This document shows positions 11,828-25,165 of a DNA stretch of 64,000 nt, in pieces. The stretch comes from Azolla caroliniana (lineage: Eukaryota; Plantae; Polypodiophyta). Position 1 is the first letter of the stretch. Each line of letters begins with the position of its first letter. The stretch covers positions 10,726,001 to 10,790,000 of the forward strand of contig JBHGNT010000015.1 in NCBI GenBank assembly GCA_043228905.1, written 5' to 3'. The notes under the pieces are model-generated. The model saw only the letters and a list, made by a program, of their open reading frames with translations, was not told the origin of the DNA and searched no databases. The position numbers were made by a program, and so were the translations under genes.

Positions 11828-13121
11828 ATGGCCGCAGAGGAGCATGTCCATGCCCCAATATCTCCACCTCCACCTCCACCTTCTCCTCCTGCTGCTGCTG
11901 GTAATGACGTGAATTCCTACTCCTCACCAGCAGAGGTTCCCAAAACCATTGTTCCCACAGGTTTCGCCCTCCCTTCTTTTTTCTTTTTGAAAACTTACAC
12001 TTGCTAATATTAGGTTGAATTGCCTTCTCAACAGGCAGAACAAACATCAAAATCAAAATTTTGTGTGTAGGTTGTTAAATCTGAGCCTCACGTGTAATCC
12101 TGAAATCCATATGAATTTCTTTTTCTTACATTTTCTGCAGACGAACCATCTCCATCTCCATCTGTCCACCCTGAAGCAGAGCCATCATCGGGAAGCTCGA
12201 GCTCTTTACCTGTGCTTGTAAGCACCGGTGAAGCGGCCACCACTCTCGGCTCCAAAGATAGAGGTAGAATTCCATCTATATACAGGAAAACATGCTCTTT
12301 TTATGAACCTTTGATCCTCTCTCATGATACAAATTTTGGTTCCCACTTTACTGATCTATCTCTTGTAGTAAAGTTTTAAATTTGAGCACTGTAATAGATG
12401 TGCTTATTCTTGGTATTTGTTTTTGCATGTATAATCATAGATGAGGCTCTTGCCAAAGTTAACCATGATAGGACCCTCTCTCACATTAGGGCCTGGGAAG
12501 ACAATGAAAAATCCAAGTCCCTCAACAAGTATGTAGTCTCTTAGTCATCTCTTTCTCATATATTTTTATTGATTCTTCATGTCGATTATTAGTCTTAATG
12601 TTATGTTTCTTTATCATTTCTGTTCGATGCGCGTTGAGTAGGTACAATAAGGTGATTGCGAAGATTAATGCTTGGGAGAATGCCAAGAAGGCCACGGCCG
12701 AAGCCAAGCTAAAACAAGAAGAGGTGAGCTATATCTTTGCAAACATAAATTAATACATCAACGAATATGTTGATTGTTAGTTGAAACACCCTTCGACAAA
12801 GACCTTTGGACCTTGGGTTATAGAATAGATATTCATGTTGAGGAGGGAAAACTTGCACTAAGGATTTCGATATAATCATGGTTTTATTTTTGGTCGAATT
12901 TATGTGCGGTGATCATTATATAGGAAGCTCTGGAGAAGAAGAGAGCGGCATATGTTGAGAAAATGAAGAACACGATCGCCGAGGTGCATAGGAGTGCAGA
13001 GGAGAAGCGTGCTGTTGCAGAGGCAAAGAAAGGTGAAGAGCTTGTGAAGGCGGAGGAACTGGCAGCCAAACATCGAGCAATCGGGAAAGCCCCCAAGAAG
13101 TTTTTGTGCTTCGGAGCTTGA
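11828..13121 (+). CDS. REM: Remorin (group 1-like, Pro-rich N-terminus and coiled-coil Remorin_C), 207 aa, 5 exons
   Basis: Exons 11828-11960, 12141-12263, 12441-12528, 12642-12723 and 12924-13121, all GT-AG and in phase (624 nt). Protein reads MAAEEHVHAPISPPPPPPSPP...GSKDRDEALAKVNHDRTLSHIRAWEDNEKSKSLNKYNKVIAKINAWENAKKATAEAKLKQEEEALEKKRAAYVEKMKNTIAEVHRSAEEKRAVAEAKKGEELVKAEELAAKHRAIGKAPKKFLCFGA*, with typical remorin AWE repeats and C-terminal anchor. Confidence 0.95.
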
Positions 13122-14699
13122 CACATTTGCTTTATTAAATTGATAGGCAAGATCCGAGGTTATTTTTGTGCAAAAAAGTAGTTTTGAAACCTTATGGTGT
13201 AAATTATGGGGAACCATTGTAAAGATTGAAAGTCGAGTGAGTACAAAAGCTCTTGCCTGGGTTTGAGTTCCCAAGTGTTTCGATGATGTCTTGGGGGATT
13301 CCTTTCCTAACATTTGATTGATCACTCAAAGTTTCAATTGAATAATTCAGAGATCTTTTGATTTCTTAGGGGTTTTATCATCCAAATCTTAGGGGTTTTA
13401 TTATCCGAGGGATTTCTATCCTGATTTGCTATGTGTACCACCACAATCATAGTTCTTCGACCATTCTTTTCATTTTCTTCATAATTGCTTTGCCTTTTTA
13501 ATGAATATACCCAATCTCTTGAAAACTCTATTCATTTTATTTTTCTTTCATGGTTTTGAGTAAGCCTTATTATCCTTGACATAGGTTCTTGACATTTCAA
13601 ATGAGTTCACAAATTGTACAAAAAGTTGTGTGAATTCATATTGCAATGATCCGATGCATGACAAGTCATGGACAGTCGATAGTAACAAGTGATTCACTAC
13701 TACAAGTAGGAACAAGGTTATACGAACAAGTGAGTTACTAAATGGGGGTAGGAAGTAAATCATGATTCATCAGTTTGACAAATTTCTCCAAGGCAAGAGA
13801 GATAATTCTTGCACTATCATTTTGTTGAAAGTAGGTTTCATCAATGGCTTATGATCCTTGCCAATTATTAGCAATGTGTTGCTTGGAAACGTAAGATATA
13901 CAATAACTAGCACTATTGTAGTGAGTATTGACTAGTTGTCAAGGGAAACTAGGATATCTGATGAGGACGAGTGGTATTGTACATTGAGCAACATGTAATG
14001 ATTTAGCAATGAGTGTGATTATTTAGCTAATAGCAATTCAACACCTTTTCTTTGGCTATTAGCTACCAAACACTTTCAATGTGACTCATCCAAAAATATG
14101 TTAAATCCCTATCTGATTCTAACCTTGTCTATTATTGCACGAATAAAAATGTGAAGAAGCGTGCCATTTGTAATTCAATGATTCATGATATACTTAGAGG
14201 ATTCATGTGCTTTTCTTTTTAGTAGATAGTTAAAATGGTTAATGAAGTAATCAATCTTGAGTAATCATTTGACTAAGAGTTTAATGAAATCACACTTTGA
14301 CAAGTGTCTTTCTTCGACAAGAGCGAGTCTTCAACATATGCGTTTCTTCAACAAGAGCAAGCCTTCGACTAGTGCTAGTTGTCGATTAGTTTGATCTTTC
14401 AAATAGTGTGACTTTTTTACTACATCCATCTTTCAACAAGTGTGAGTCTTTGACTTACTCTCTCTTGACGACTCCATCTTTTCAACTCCCTAGTCCAAGA
14501 CCCCCATGGTCCAACTCAAGTAGCACATGCACATGTGTTTATGTGCCATAATTTGGTGAACCCAACATGAAAGAGTGAAAAGGGAAAAATCAAGATGCAA
14601 GGAGAGGATCTTGCTGATGATGGTTGTGACCATGGACCAAATGATGCAAGAAAGGAAGACCACCACCAACCTAGACCGAGCCATAGAGATGGTTGTCGA

Positions 14700-15210
14700 A
14701 ATGATAAGTTGAATCAATGGGAAAGATGTGTCACGCTACCTAGAGGCCTAGAGGCATACAAAGTTGAGATGTTGATGAGGGACATTCTTGGCGCACAACA
14801 ACTTAGTGGCTTTGTGAGAGTTGTAACGCTGAGTGTACACGAGGAGATACTTGAGATTATTTCGGAGAGCCGCTATTATGGCGGAGTTTGAAAGCAGGGT
14901 CCTTGAAGAGTACTGCTTGGATGACTCCTTGTGAATGACCAAGAAAGACCTAATGGAATGGGTTGATGTCCTTGGGAAGGGGAGAAATACGATAATAATA
15001 CTTCAAGAGTTCGACAAGCGTTTCACTTGCCTCTTGACACTAGATAGGATAGTGTTCGACACGAGTAAAGTCCTATTATTTCTCAAAGCATCGGACGTGC
15101 AAGACAGAGAAAAGGTCAACTCCCTACTTGAGAAAGAAGATAGGCTCACCATGGATTGGGTCGTGGTAAGAAGGGTATGTAGCCGCTTCGACAAGAAACG
15201 TTACTAGTAT
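14700..15210 (+). pseudogene. Ty3/Gypsy-type gag relic
   Basis: Frameshifted reading AEFESRVLEEYCLDDSL*MTKKDLMEWV...EFDKRF...KVLLFLKA...LTMDWVVVRRVCSRF resembles a retrotransposon gag core. Confidence 0.5.
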
Positions 15211-15361
15211 GATGAAACCTCCAAGAGTGGCCAAATGCCTATTGGAAGAGAGACATACCTTGCGAGAGTTGTCTGAGCCCCGGAAAGGATTCTAGAAAAC
15301 TCGGGGTTGGGAGTTACGACAACTGTGGTGGAAGGACTAGCTAGAGGATCAACCATTCAAG

Positions 15362-18300
15362 TGATCGGAACTAGTGCGGAAGTATTGCTCGACTACAACC
15401 GAGTCTCAAATCACTCTATGAAGGACCAACACAGAAATGAGAAATAAGTATGATGAATGCATGTACACAAAACAACGATAGAGAACACAAGATGTTTACG
15501 TGGAAAAACCCTAATTGGGAAAAAACCATGGGAGCCCATGGACTCTGAACTATCACTATATGAGAGAAAATACAAAGTGGACACACAGAGGCAATGAGCT
15601 CCTGCTCGCGATCTTCACTAGACAATGGTTACAACAGAAAGTGCTCGTAGCTACTCTCTCTCTCTCTCTACAACAATAATAACAACCACAGTTCTGTGAT
15701 TTCCCTAAGTCATATTTATACTCATATTACCTTAGGACTATTTACAAATATAGCCTCAATGGGCTTACTCTAACATATTTACAAATATGTCCTTGGATCC
15801 GGTTTGCACCGGGTCCATCCGGATTGACCCAATCCGGTTTCCGGGTCTCATCTAGAACCCTTCCGGATCCGGTTCCTTCATCCGGCTCGTTCAGTTCTCA
15901 TCCGGATGGACCGAATTCCCAACAAACTCCCCCTTCACTCTGGCATGGGATTTCTCGTTAATCTGATCCATCTTCGGCATGCGTCCAGCTTGTCGGTTGG
16001 AAGCACCTTGGTCAACATATCTGATCAGTTCTCCTTCGTGTGGATCTTCGTCAACACGAAGTCTTGATCTTCTACCTTCTCCCGGAGCCAGTGATATCTC
16101 CTCTGGATGTGCTTGGTTCGCGAATGGTAGGACACATTCTTCGCAAGGTGGATGGCACTTTGACTATCGCAGTAGAGCCAGTATTCCTCCTATCGGATCC
16201 CTAGCTCTCCAATGAAGTCCTTCATCCAGATTACTTCCTTGCCGTCTTCCACAACTGCCATATACTCCGCTTTCGTTGTTGATAGTGCAACGGACTTCTG
16301 CAGCCTCGACTGTCACGATACTACTCCCCCTACATAAGTCATAACATATCCCGATGTAGACCGGCTGGTATCCACATTAGCCAACATATCTGAATCCGTG
16401 AATCCATGAAGTTGGGGTTTATTGGAGCCAAACCGGAGGCACATACTCGAAGTGCCTTTCAGATACCAGAGTATCTAGTTGACCACGTTCCAATGCTCTC
16501 TTCCCGGATTGCTCATGAATTGGCTAACTACTCCGATAACATATGCAATATCCGGCCGGGTGCAAACCATTGCGTACATTAAGCTTCCGACGGCAGGGCA
16601 TATGGTATCTTCATCATATTCGACTTTTCTGCCTTCGTCTTTGGGCTTTGTTTCCAGATAGCTTGTAGTTTGCCGGAAGTGTTGATCTGACCAGTTTTGC
16701 ATCCGACATGTTGAACTGCTAAAGCACCTTTGTCACGTACTTTTCTTGTGACAACCACAATAACTTATTCTTCCGGTCCTGGATGATGTGCATCCCTAAG
16801 ATTTGTCTTGCTAAACCCAAATCTTTCATGGAGAAGGTTCGGTTCAAGGCCTTCTTCAGCATCCCAATCTTGGTTCGGTCCGGTCTGACGATCAACATGT
16901 CATTCACGTACATAAGCAATATCAGGAAATCTCCCCCGTCAAATTTCTTCAGAAACACGCAATGATCGGCTTGCATCTTGTGGTACCCTTGATCCTTCAT
17001 GAAGGAGTCGAACTTCTGGTACCATTGGAGGGGGGCTTGCTTCAATCCGTATAAGCTCTTCTTCAGCCGGCACACCAGGTGCTCCTTTCCTTTCTTCTCA
17101 AATCCTTCCGGTTGATGCATGTAGATCTCTTCTTCAAGGTCGCCATGTAGGAATGCCGTCTTCATGTCGAGTTACTCTACCTCGAGGTCCATTTTTGCTG
17201 CTATGCCCAATACCGTCCGGATGGATGTCATCTTTACTACCGGGGCAAAGATCTCATCAAAGTCCACTTCTTTCTTTTGCTGGAAGCCCTTCAACACAAT
17301 TCGGGCCTTATACCTTGGTGGATTTCTGGCGTCTCCTGGTTTCAACTTGTACACCCACTTGTTTCGGAGTGCCCTCTTTCCTTTCAGCAACTCCATTAGT
17401 TTGTATGTGTGGTTCTCATGTAGGGAATCCATCTCGTCCTACATGACACTCAACCACTTGCGGGTGTGGGTGTCTTTCTTTGCTTCTTTGAAGTTTCCGG
17501 CTCTCCCTCATCGGTCATCAATACGTGCTCTACATCCAAAAATCTTCGGGGGGCTCTTCTTTCTTTGAGAGGGTATCTTCGTCCTTGATTTCTAACTTCC
17601 GGTTCCTCCATTTGTTCTTCATCCGAATCCCATTCGGGATCTTGTCCGGTTCCAGTGTCTTCTTCTTCTTCTTCTTCTTCTTCGGTCAGTTCAGTTTCAT
17701 GTCCGAGTCCGGCCAGTTCGTCAAGTGTCATTCGGTTACCGGCTAACATCCGGTTTTCAACCGGGTTAGTCCTTGTGTCCTCAAGCCGGTTTTCATTGGA
17801 TGATCTAGAGTTCATCACCTTCTTCTCTGACTTCCAGTCGGCAATGGTGTCCTGACTCTGGAACACCTTCTTGTCGACTAGATCCCACACCCGGTAACCA
17901 AACTCATCATCGCCATATCCAAGGAATATGCATGGCCTAGACTTCGGATCCATCTTTGCTCTCTTGTCGTTTGCGACATCCACATATGCAAGACAACGAA
18001 ACACCTTCAGATGCCGGTAAGACACATCTTTACCGGTCCATACTTTTTGAGCTGAGTCTCCTTCCAAGGGTGTTGAGGGTGATCTATTTATCACATAGGT
18101 CGCTGTCATCAGCACCTCAGCCCAAAACATCTTGGATAGCTAGGCCTGTGCTAGCATGCTTCAGACTCTCTCCATTATGGTCTGGTTCATCCGTTCGTCT
18201 AGCCCGTTCAATTCCGGCATCTTCGGCACGGTGTATTCGAGACGGATTCCCTTCGACCGGAAGTACTCCTCGAACTTCCCCCAGTATTCTCCTCCGTTAT

Positions 18301-18741
18301 TTGCTCGAACCACCTTCAACTTCCGGCTGGTTTCTATTTCCACTCTCGCGTGGAGTTCCTTGAAGACGGATAGCACCTGATCCTTTGTTTTCAGCAGTGA
18401 GACCCACAACTTCCGGCTGTGGTTGTGTATGAACGTCACGAAGTACTCTGATCCGGCATGTGACTTCGTATCCCCTTGACACACATCGGTGTGCACCAAC
18501 TCCAGTGGTGCATTCCGTCTCATCAGTGGTCTTGACCAAAATGAGGTTCAGTTTTGCCAACCGGCCAAGTAATCAGTGCACTTATCAAGATGTACATCTT
18601 TCACCTTCGGAATGAGGTTATCTTCGGCAAGTCTTCTCATCCCCTTCTAGCTCATGTGACACAACCTCTTGTGCCACTGGCAGTGTTAGATGCTACGTTC
18701 ACTTCTTCTTGGCATATCCGGGCATGCATAAGATACAACGT
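15362..18741 (-). mobile_element. Copia B1 (3' LTR plus RH-RT-INT, 5' part cut off by an insertion at 18742)
   Basis: LTR 15362-15924 matches 33542-34095, with the PPT complement AACTCCCCCTT next to it. [17 protein letters not shown] and LYGLKQAP; INT PLELVHTDVC and NGGEY. Confidence 0.9.
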
Positions 18742-19663
18742 TGTTGCGTTATTATGCATACGCGTAAAAAACGAAGGTGGGACCGCACGGGTCCTAGACC
18801 GAGGAGTGTGAGAGAAGGGGAAAGTAAAACAAAGAGAGTGTGTTGGGCAAGCACAGAGCTTGAACAACTCGGTCGAGTTCGGATCAATGCAAGAGACAAC
18901 AAGAAGAGAGAAGAAACCCTCGATCGATTAAGATCGGATTACAACCGGCTCACCGGTAACTGAGCCACTACTCAGTCGATAATGCGTGCGCGCACACACA
19001 CACAAAGGAGAGATAGAACATGGAACCTCTATATAATCAATGATCAGCCCCAAGTTGTAAATCTATCCCCATATGTGCTCTTAGAGTGCACATTTTGTGA
19101 TATCGCCCCAAATGAGGAGCGGCTAGTGTGCAACTCGACCATATGGGTCGATAAGGTGTTAATCTAGGAAACCATAGATGCGTAGGACACAATGTATTTA
19201 GGAAAGAGAGAAATAGCTTATAGGATTGGCTAATCAAGTCAACTAGAATATTTTGTGGGCACGTTACGGTGTACTTAGTCTTGAAGTATGCGTCATTGAC
19301 TTCAAGATAAGTACTATCTAGCCCTAGCCTGTACCTAGGGAGTTGGTCATATTAAATGACAAGTCGGTTGACAGAAAAGGAATATCTCCACTACTATCAA
19401 CTGACTTGCACATTTAATGTTATACTTAGACCAAACATAGAAAGCAATCCACTTTCTTTTCACAATGGTTGGCTTGATTATCAGTCCCCACTAATTTTGT
19501 AGTGAGTTGGTCCATATCCTATCTAAGCTCTAAGGTGTGAGTGCATGGGAAAACTACCATTGTGAGCTACTCTCATATGTAATAGAAGTTTTGTTTTCAT
19601 ATATCCCATCTCTGTAGTTGTAACTCTATATACCTATCTAATCGATTCTCAATATTTCTAACA
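18742..19663 (-). mobile_element. LTR (TGTTG...CTAACA) sharing the family-X end motif
   Basis: Begins right after ACGT in the Copia B1 coding sequence. GGTGGGACCGCACGGGTCCTAGAC resembles the GGAACCGC..GGGGTT.TGGAC motif of the elements at 4686 and 60800. TATA-like motif near 19030. Confidence 0.5.
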
Positions 19664-19667
19664 CCTC

Positions 19668-21170
19668 TGTCAGGAGCACACGAGCTTCCTATAGGAACAA
19701 AGGCATCTGGCAAAAGAAGAACGCAATGGTGATCGGTGCTCGGTCGCTAGTCCGACAACACTTCCTCCCAAAACGCGGATCCTTTTTCCAGCTCGCTCTT
19801 CCTCTTTTTATAGGTCAAAGAGGGAGAGGCCGTCACATCACGCAGTTACATCATAATTTATTCTCTACTGCTTCGGACAGAGATTTGTTTGATTGTTTCA
19901 CGCATTAATTATCGTCTATTAAAGCTCTCCCCTCCCGCCGACCTAGCCTAGTCTTAGATTATGTACAAGTTTATTTACAATGTCTATGCATCCACGCATG
20001 CGACTATACACACGCACGCGCCCCTATTTCACCTCGTAGCCGGTTTTCCTCGTCTTCGTCCGCCCTTCTCGGGTCGTCATTTTCGTCTGCACACTCCGGG
20101 TCCGACTCATCCTCGTATCGCTTTTTGAAGCCTTTGACCTGCTTACCCGCGACCGGTACTGCCATCCGTGTTCCGTCGAGCTCTGTGAGATGGTATGTGG
20201 CGTTGCCATTTGCGCTCGTCACCACGTAAGGCCCGAACCACCTCTTTGTGAATTTCCGCGTTGCATTGTGCTGGTTGTCGAGGCTGCTATCATAAACCAG
20301 CACCCAATCGTCTTTCTCGATCTTCTTTGGTCTCAACCGGTGTGTTCGGTCGAACTGGCCTTTGTTCTTCTCTCGAGCCACGTACAACTCCGCCTTTGCC
20401 CGTTCCACGTCCTTCAACTTCCGCTCGAGTTGGCGAATCCGCGCCGCCAATAGCTCTTCCTAGCTCATTTTGTCCGTCCAGTCGATTGCTACCCACGAAG
20501 GGATCATCCGCTCCATTGGCATGATTGGCTTCTACTCGTACATAAGCTCTAACGGCATAAATCCGGTCACCGAACTGTGCGTGGTTCAGTCCGCCCACAG
20601 TGCGTAAGGTAGGAGCCGCGACCAATTCCCGACTTGCCCCTCACACGCCCGTACTAACACCTTCACAATTGGACTAAGTCCGTCTTCCACATTTCCGTTC
20701 GCCTCCGGATTGTACGCCGTAGTAAGAGAGAGTTTTATCCTCAACGGGCCGAACAACTCTTCGGCTTCCTACGCGTCCAATTCTCCCTGTTCGGCCACGA
20801 TCTTTCCCACGCATTCGTATCGGCAAACCACCTCTTTGATTTGGAACCCGCATATGGCCGCGGTCATTTTGTTCTGCAGTGCACGACCCTCCACTTGGTT
20901 CGTGAGGTTCTCCCACACAAGCACCAGGTACCGCATTTGCCCCACTCCCATTGGCATCGTTACTAAATCCACCATCCATTTGAAATCGACGGTCGGTGGG
21001 TACATCGGGTACAACTCATCTCTGTGCCTGATCACGGAATGCATCTGGAAGCTCTCGTAGGTCGCCACGAATTGATGCATGTCCCGGTACATCCCTGGCC
21101 ACCTGTATTTCTCCTTCAGCTTTTCAAACGTGGCCCAAGTTCCGCGGTGTCTGGCCCAAGGGCTCTCGTG
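19668..21170 (-). mobile_element. Ty3/Gypsy fragment: 3' LTR (~19668-20012) plus integrase
   Basis: Zinc-binding HESPWARHRGTWATFEKLKEKYRWPGMY; core WMVDLVTMP; GPY/F-type KFTKRWFGPYVV and ATYHLTELDG. TATA CCTATAAAAAG on the minus strand near 19810. Confidence 0.8.
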
Positions 21171-24100
21171 GTTTGTCCAGTGCCATTTCTTGCCTTTTTG
21201 GTTCTCCCCATACCAGTACCGGTTCTCCCCTTGAAGTGCGGCATGTCGAGATGTTGAAGACCAAGCATCTCGTCAAAATGCTGCAACTTGTTGGTTCCGA
21301 GGGCCTTGGTGAAGATGTCGGTAACCTGTCGATCCGTCCGGACATACTGGAGTTCGACTTCACCACCGAGGACCCGCTCTCGCACAAAGTGGTAATGCAC
21401 TTTTATGTGCTTCGTCCAAGCATGGAACACAAGGTTCTTGGCTAGTTGCATGCTCCTCATGTTGTCGCAGTAGATCAAGATCTGAGTCAGGACTTTGATC
21501 CGGAGGTCTTGCAGCAATCACTGAAGCCAAATGGCTTCACAGGTTGCAATGGTGGCACCCCGATACCCAACCTCAGTGCTCGAAAGAGCCATAGTTAGCG
21601 GCTTTTTGTTGCTCCATGCAACAGCTGCGCTACCTAGAGAGAACATTAATCCAGATGTGGACCGTTGATCCAACGCATCTCCGGCCCAGTCAGCATCGGT
21701 ATATCCGACGAGCTTCTCGGTTATACCATGTCAATATAACAGTCCCCGGTCCTTAGTGTGGCTAACATACCACAGTATTCGGTGCACGCACTGAAGGTGT
21801 TCCATACTTGGCTTCTGCATGAATTGACTAAATGCTTCGACCAAATAGCTAGTGTCGGGTCGGGTGATCGGAAAATATATAAGGCTTCTGACAATTTGTC
21901 AGAACCGTTTCTCATGGCAAGCTGGTCCGGAGTCGGGACGAAGCTTCAAGTTCCGGTCCAACGGTGTGGAAACTGGTGGGCAATTCGTCATACCGAATTT
22001 GAAGAGCATACTCAGCACATAGTGGTGTTGACTGATTAGTATGCTTTCGGTGTTTCCAATCACTTCGATAACGAAGAAGTAATGAAAGTCTCCTAGATCC
22101 TTCATCTCAAATGATGTCGCAAGATAGGATTTGACGCGACAGATTTTGTCTAGGTTGGTGCGGGCGATGACAAAATCATCAACATAAAGTTAAATACTAA
22201 CCGGCCCGTTCCGATCTTGCCAGGTGGAGAGAGAAGAGTTCGATTTCGACGGAGAAAACCCCATCCGACGCAATCTCTGTGTGATTTTCACGTTCCAGGC
22301 GCGTGGGGCTTGCTTGAGTCCGTAAAGGGAGTTTAGTCGGCAAATGGCCAACATGTTCATTCCGGACTGAAATCTGGGGGGCTGAAACATAAACACCTGT
22401 TCCTCAAGATCACATTGTAGGAATGCGTTTTTCACATCCATCGCCATTGCTACTGCAAGCAGGACATGGACGGTTGTCATATTTGTGACCGGCACGAATG
22501 TCTCATCGTAATCGATGTCGTGCTGCTGCGCATAGCCCTTCGCCACTAATCGGGCCTTGTACCTATTGACGGAGCCGTCAGTGTTGTATTTAACCTTGTA
22601 CACCCATTGACAACTGATCGTCTTCACTCCTTTCGGTACGTTCACTAAATCGCATGTCTCATTTTTAGTTAGTGTGTGCATCTCTTCCTCCATGGCCTTC
22701 TGCCAGTTTGGACCCTTAGCCGCTTCTACATAGCTGTTCGGCTCACGCACGGCTGCCATCTTCACCATGTACGCATAATCATGCGCCATTTACTCATTGT
22801 ACCTGTACCTTTTCACAGGGTTTTATGGGGGGTGAATCGACACAATTCTTGATTCGCCGACTTCGCGGCCCTCTTGACAGACGCGACGTGGACTTCTCTT
22901 CCGAAGATCCGTCACTATTTTTTTCGAAGTCAGATTCGCTCCAATCCGACTCGTCTTTGTCGGTCGCATATTTCGACATCTTCTTCTTCCCCTTTTCTTT
23001 GTGCGTGAACCATATCCTTGGTTCCTAGCGTGGGGAGAGCACAACCGAGTCTCCAGTACTCGCCGATGCTTCATCAGATTGGTCATTTCGACTCAGTCGC
23101 GTAGGTGACCCACTTAGCCGGAATGAAATCAAACTCTCATCTAGAGTACCGATTCCTTCTTCACCTTCTGCTTGGATCGATTCGGGCTCACTGGCCTCAT
23201 CCTTCGGAATCAGGTCGGAGTCGAACATCGGAGCCAATAGAGAGTACCATGATGCCAACTCATCAAATTCGACTTCTCGGCTCACTCGAACTTGTTTTGT
23301 TCAGGGGTTATAGCACTTATAACCCTTTTGCTCATGTGAGTAGTCGACAAGGATGTAGTTCTCCGACTTCGGGTCCAACATTCTCCGCTTTTTATCTAGC
23401 ACATGCACATATGCAATGCTATAGAATATCTTAAGGTGTCTTAAATCTGGCATTTGCCCGAAATATAGCTCTTGTTTCGACACCTTATCCCCGATCCGGT
23501 TTCGGATGTAGATGACCGTAGAATTTGGGCATGCTCTTCTCTTCGAGTATTGCTTGTGCCGCCTCCACAATTGAATGGATCTTCCTTTCGGCCACATTGT
23601 TTTGTTCTGGTGTGTATCGACAACTGAATTCCCTCCGAATTCCTTCCTGCTGCAGATAACTTTTGAATTGGCCGGAAAAATATTCGTCTCCGCCATCCGA
23701 CTGCAAGCACTTGATCTTCCTCTCAGTTTCTCGTTCTACAAGACTTTGCAGGTTCCAGAAACAGTCGAAAACTTTGCTTTTCCTTTCAATTAGGTAGATC
23801 CACGTGTGGCAGTTGTAGTCGTCGATGAAGGAGACAAAATATCGGCTCCTGCCAAGACTAATGTTCTATGTCGGTCGCCATACATCCGAATGTATTAGAT
23901 CACACTTGTTACAGCTCCGGTTTCTTTCGGTGGGGAATGGGAGCCCCTGTTGCATCCCGAGCTGGTAGGCTTCACCAATTTGGGCCTTCTGGCCACTAAA
24001 TTCTGGCATTCCAAGAACAACTTGTTTCGATTGTAGGTCTTCAAGCCTATGATAGTTGACATGGCCGATCCGCTTGTGCCACAGGTTGATATCCGATTCG

Positions 24101-25165
24101 ACCTTCTATCCTTTTGCGAACAAATCAGTGCCAACGTCATTGGTGTCAAGGATGAACATCCTCTCGTTCCAACGCCCTTGCACAATAATCTGGCACTCTT
24201 CCTCAATGAAGCACCCGAGGTGCGTAAACCGCACCTGCATCCCTTGGTCGACGATCTGCCCGACTAACACCAGGTTCTTTGTGATTGTCGGAACATGTAG
24301 TACATTCATCATCTTTCCCTTTTGTCTGACATGGCTTAAAGGGACTTCTCTGACATCCATAATCAGGTGAGGAGTGTCATCTTCAATTTCGACAACTCCC
24401 GGTTGCTCCGGCTCTTCCAGAAACGAGAACCACTCTTCATGGCTCGTCATGTGGTTAGATTATCCAGAGTCAACATACCATACTTCCTTGCCGATTTCCG
24501 GAGCCTCTTTGACTCCCCATGCTTGTGGAGGGTCCAGAACTACTGTCGGCACTATCTCTGTGCCTCCAGTTCTGCTCTTGTCAACTGCTACTATTGCATG
24601 CCAATCCACCTCATCCTCCATGCCCACGGGGCCGATCTGTCTCCGTGTACAACATCTGATTGTCCGCTTCAGTGGTCCTTAACCCATCTCGTGTACAACA
24701 TTGATTATAGGTCGAAGAAGGACGGTGGTTTCTCCCGGGTGCAAATTGTCGTCCAGATACCCGTACTGTTGTGCTAGACCACTGAGGCAAATCTAGACTA
24801 TCTCGTCCTCATCCATCATCACGTTCATAGAACCGAGTGCATCGCAGATCTCCTTGATATTGGTGGTGTACGTAGAATGTGCTTAGTGAGCACTTTTATA
24901 CAAGCCCATAAAGGACTGACTGAAGTACTGACAAGCACTCCAATGCTCATACGAGCGATTAACACTGACTCCAAGGAATCTGTCTAAGTACTAGGCTAAA
25001 TTCGTAGGCCTCTAACGGCCGACCGGGGGCCTATCGGTTACGATCCGATCCGGATCTTGGTTGCATATACCAATCTGGATACTGATCTGGTTCTCCGTTC
25101 CGGATAGCGATCCGACTCGGGCTTATTCAGCTGATCCGGATCTAGTTGAGCTTCTCCACTCAACA
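21171..25165 (-). mobile_element. Copia C (degenerate; 3' LTR lost; 5' LTR remnant at 24873-25165 joined to gag by a deletion), inserted in the 3' LTR of D1
   Basis: RH IYCDN and HAWTKHIKVHYHFVRE; RT YKARLVAKGYAQ and LYGLKQAPRAW; INT QSDGGDEY; protease WYVDSG. LTR starts TGTTGAGTGG (minus) at 25165. Confidence 0.85.

Noticed and set aside
12884-13325. Minus-strand ORFs over the last remorin exon
   Set aside because: Antisense shadows of the plus-strand coiled-coil exon.
14290-14490. Loose repeats of C(G/A)ACAAG(A/T)G.GAGTCTT
   Set aside because: Only 3-4 degenerate copies, probably the untranslated region of the adjacent Gypsy relic.
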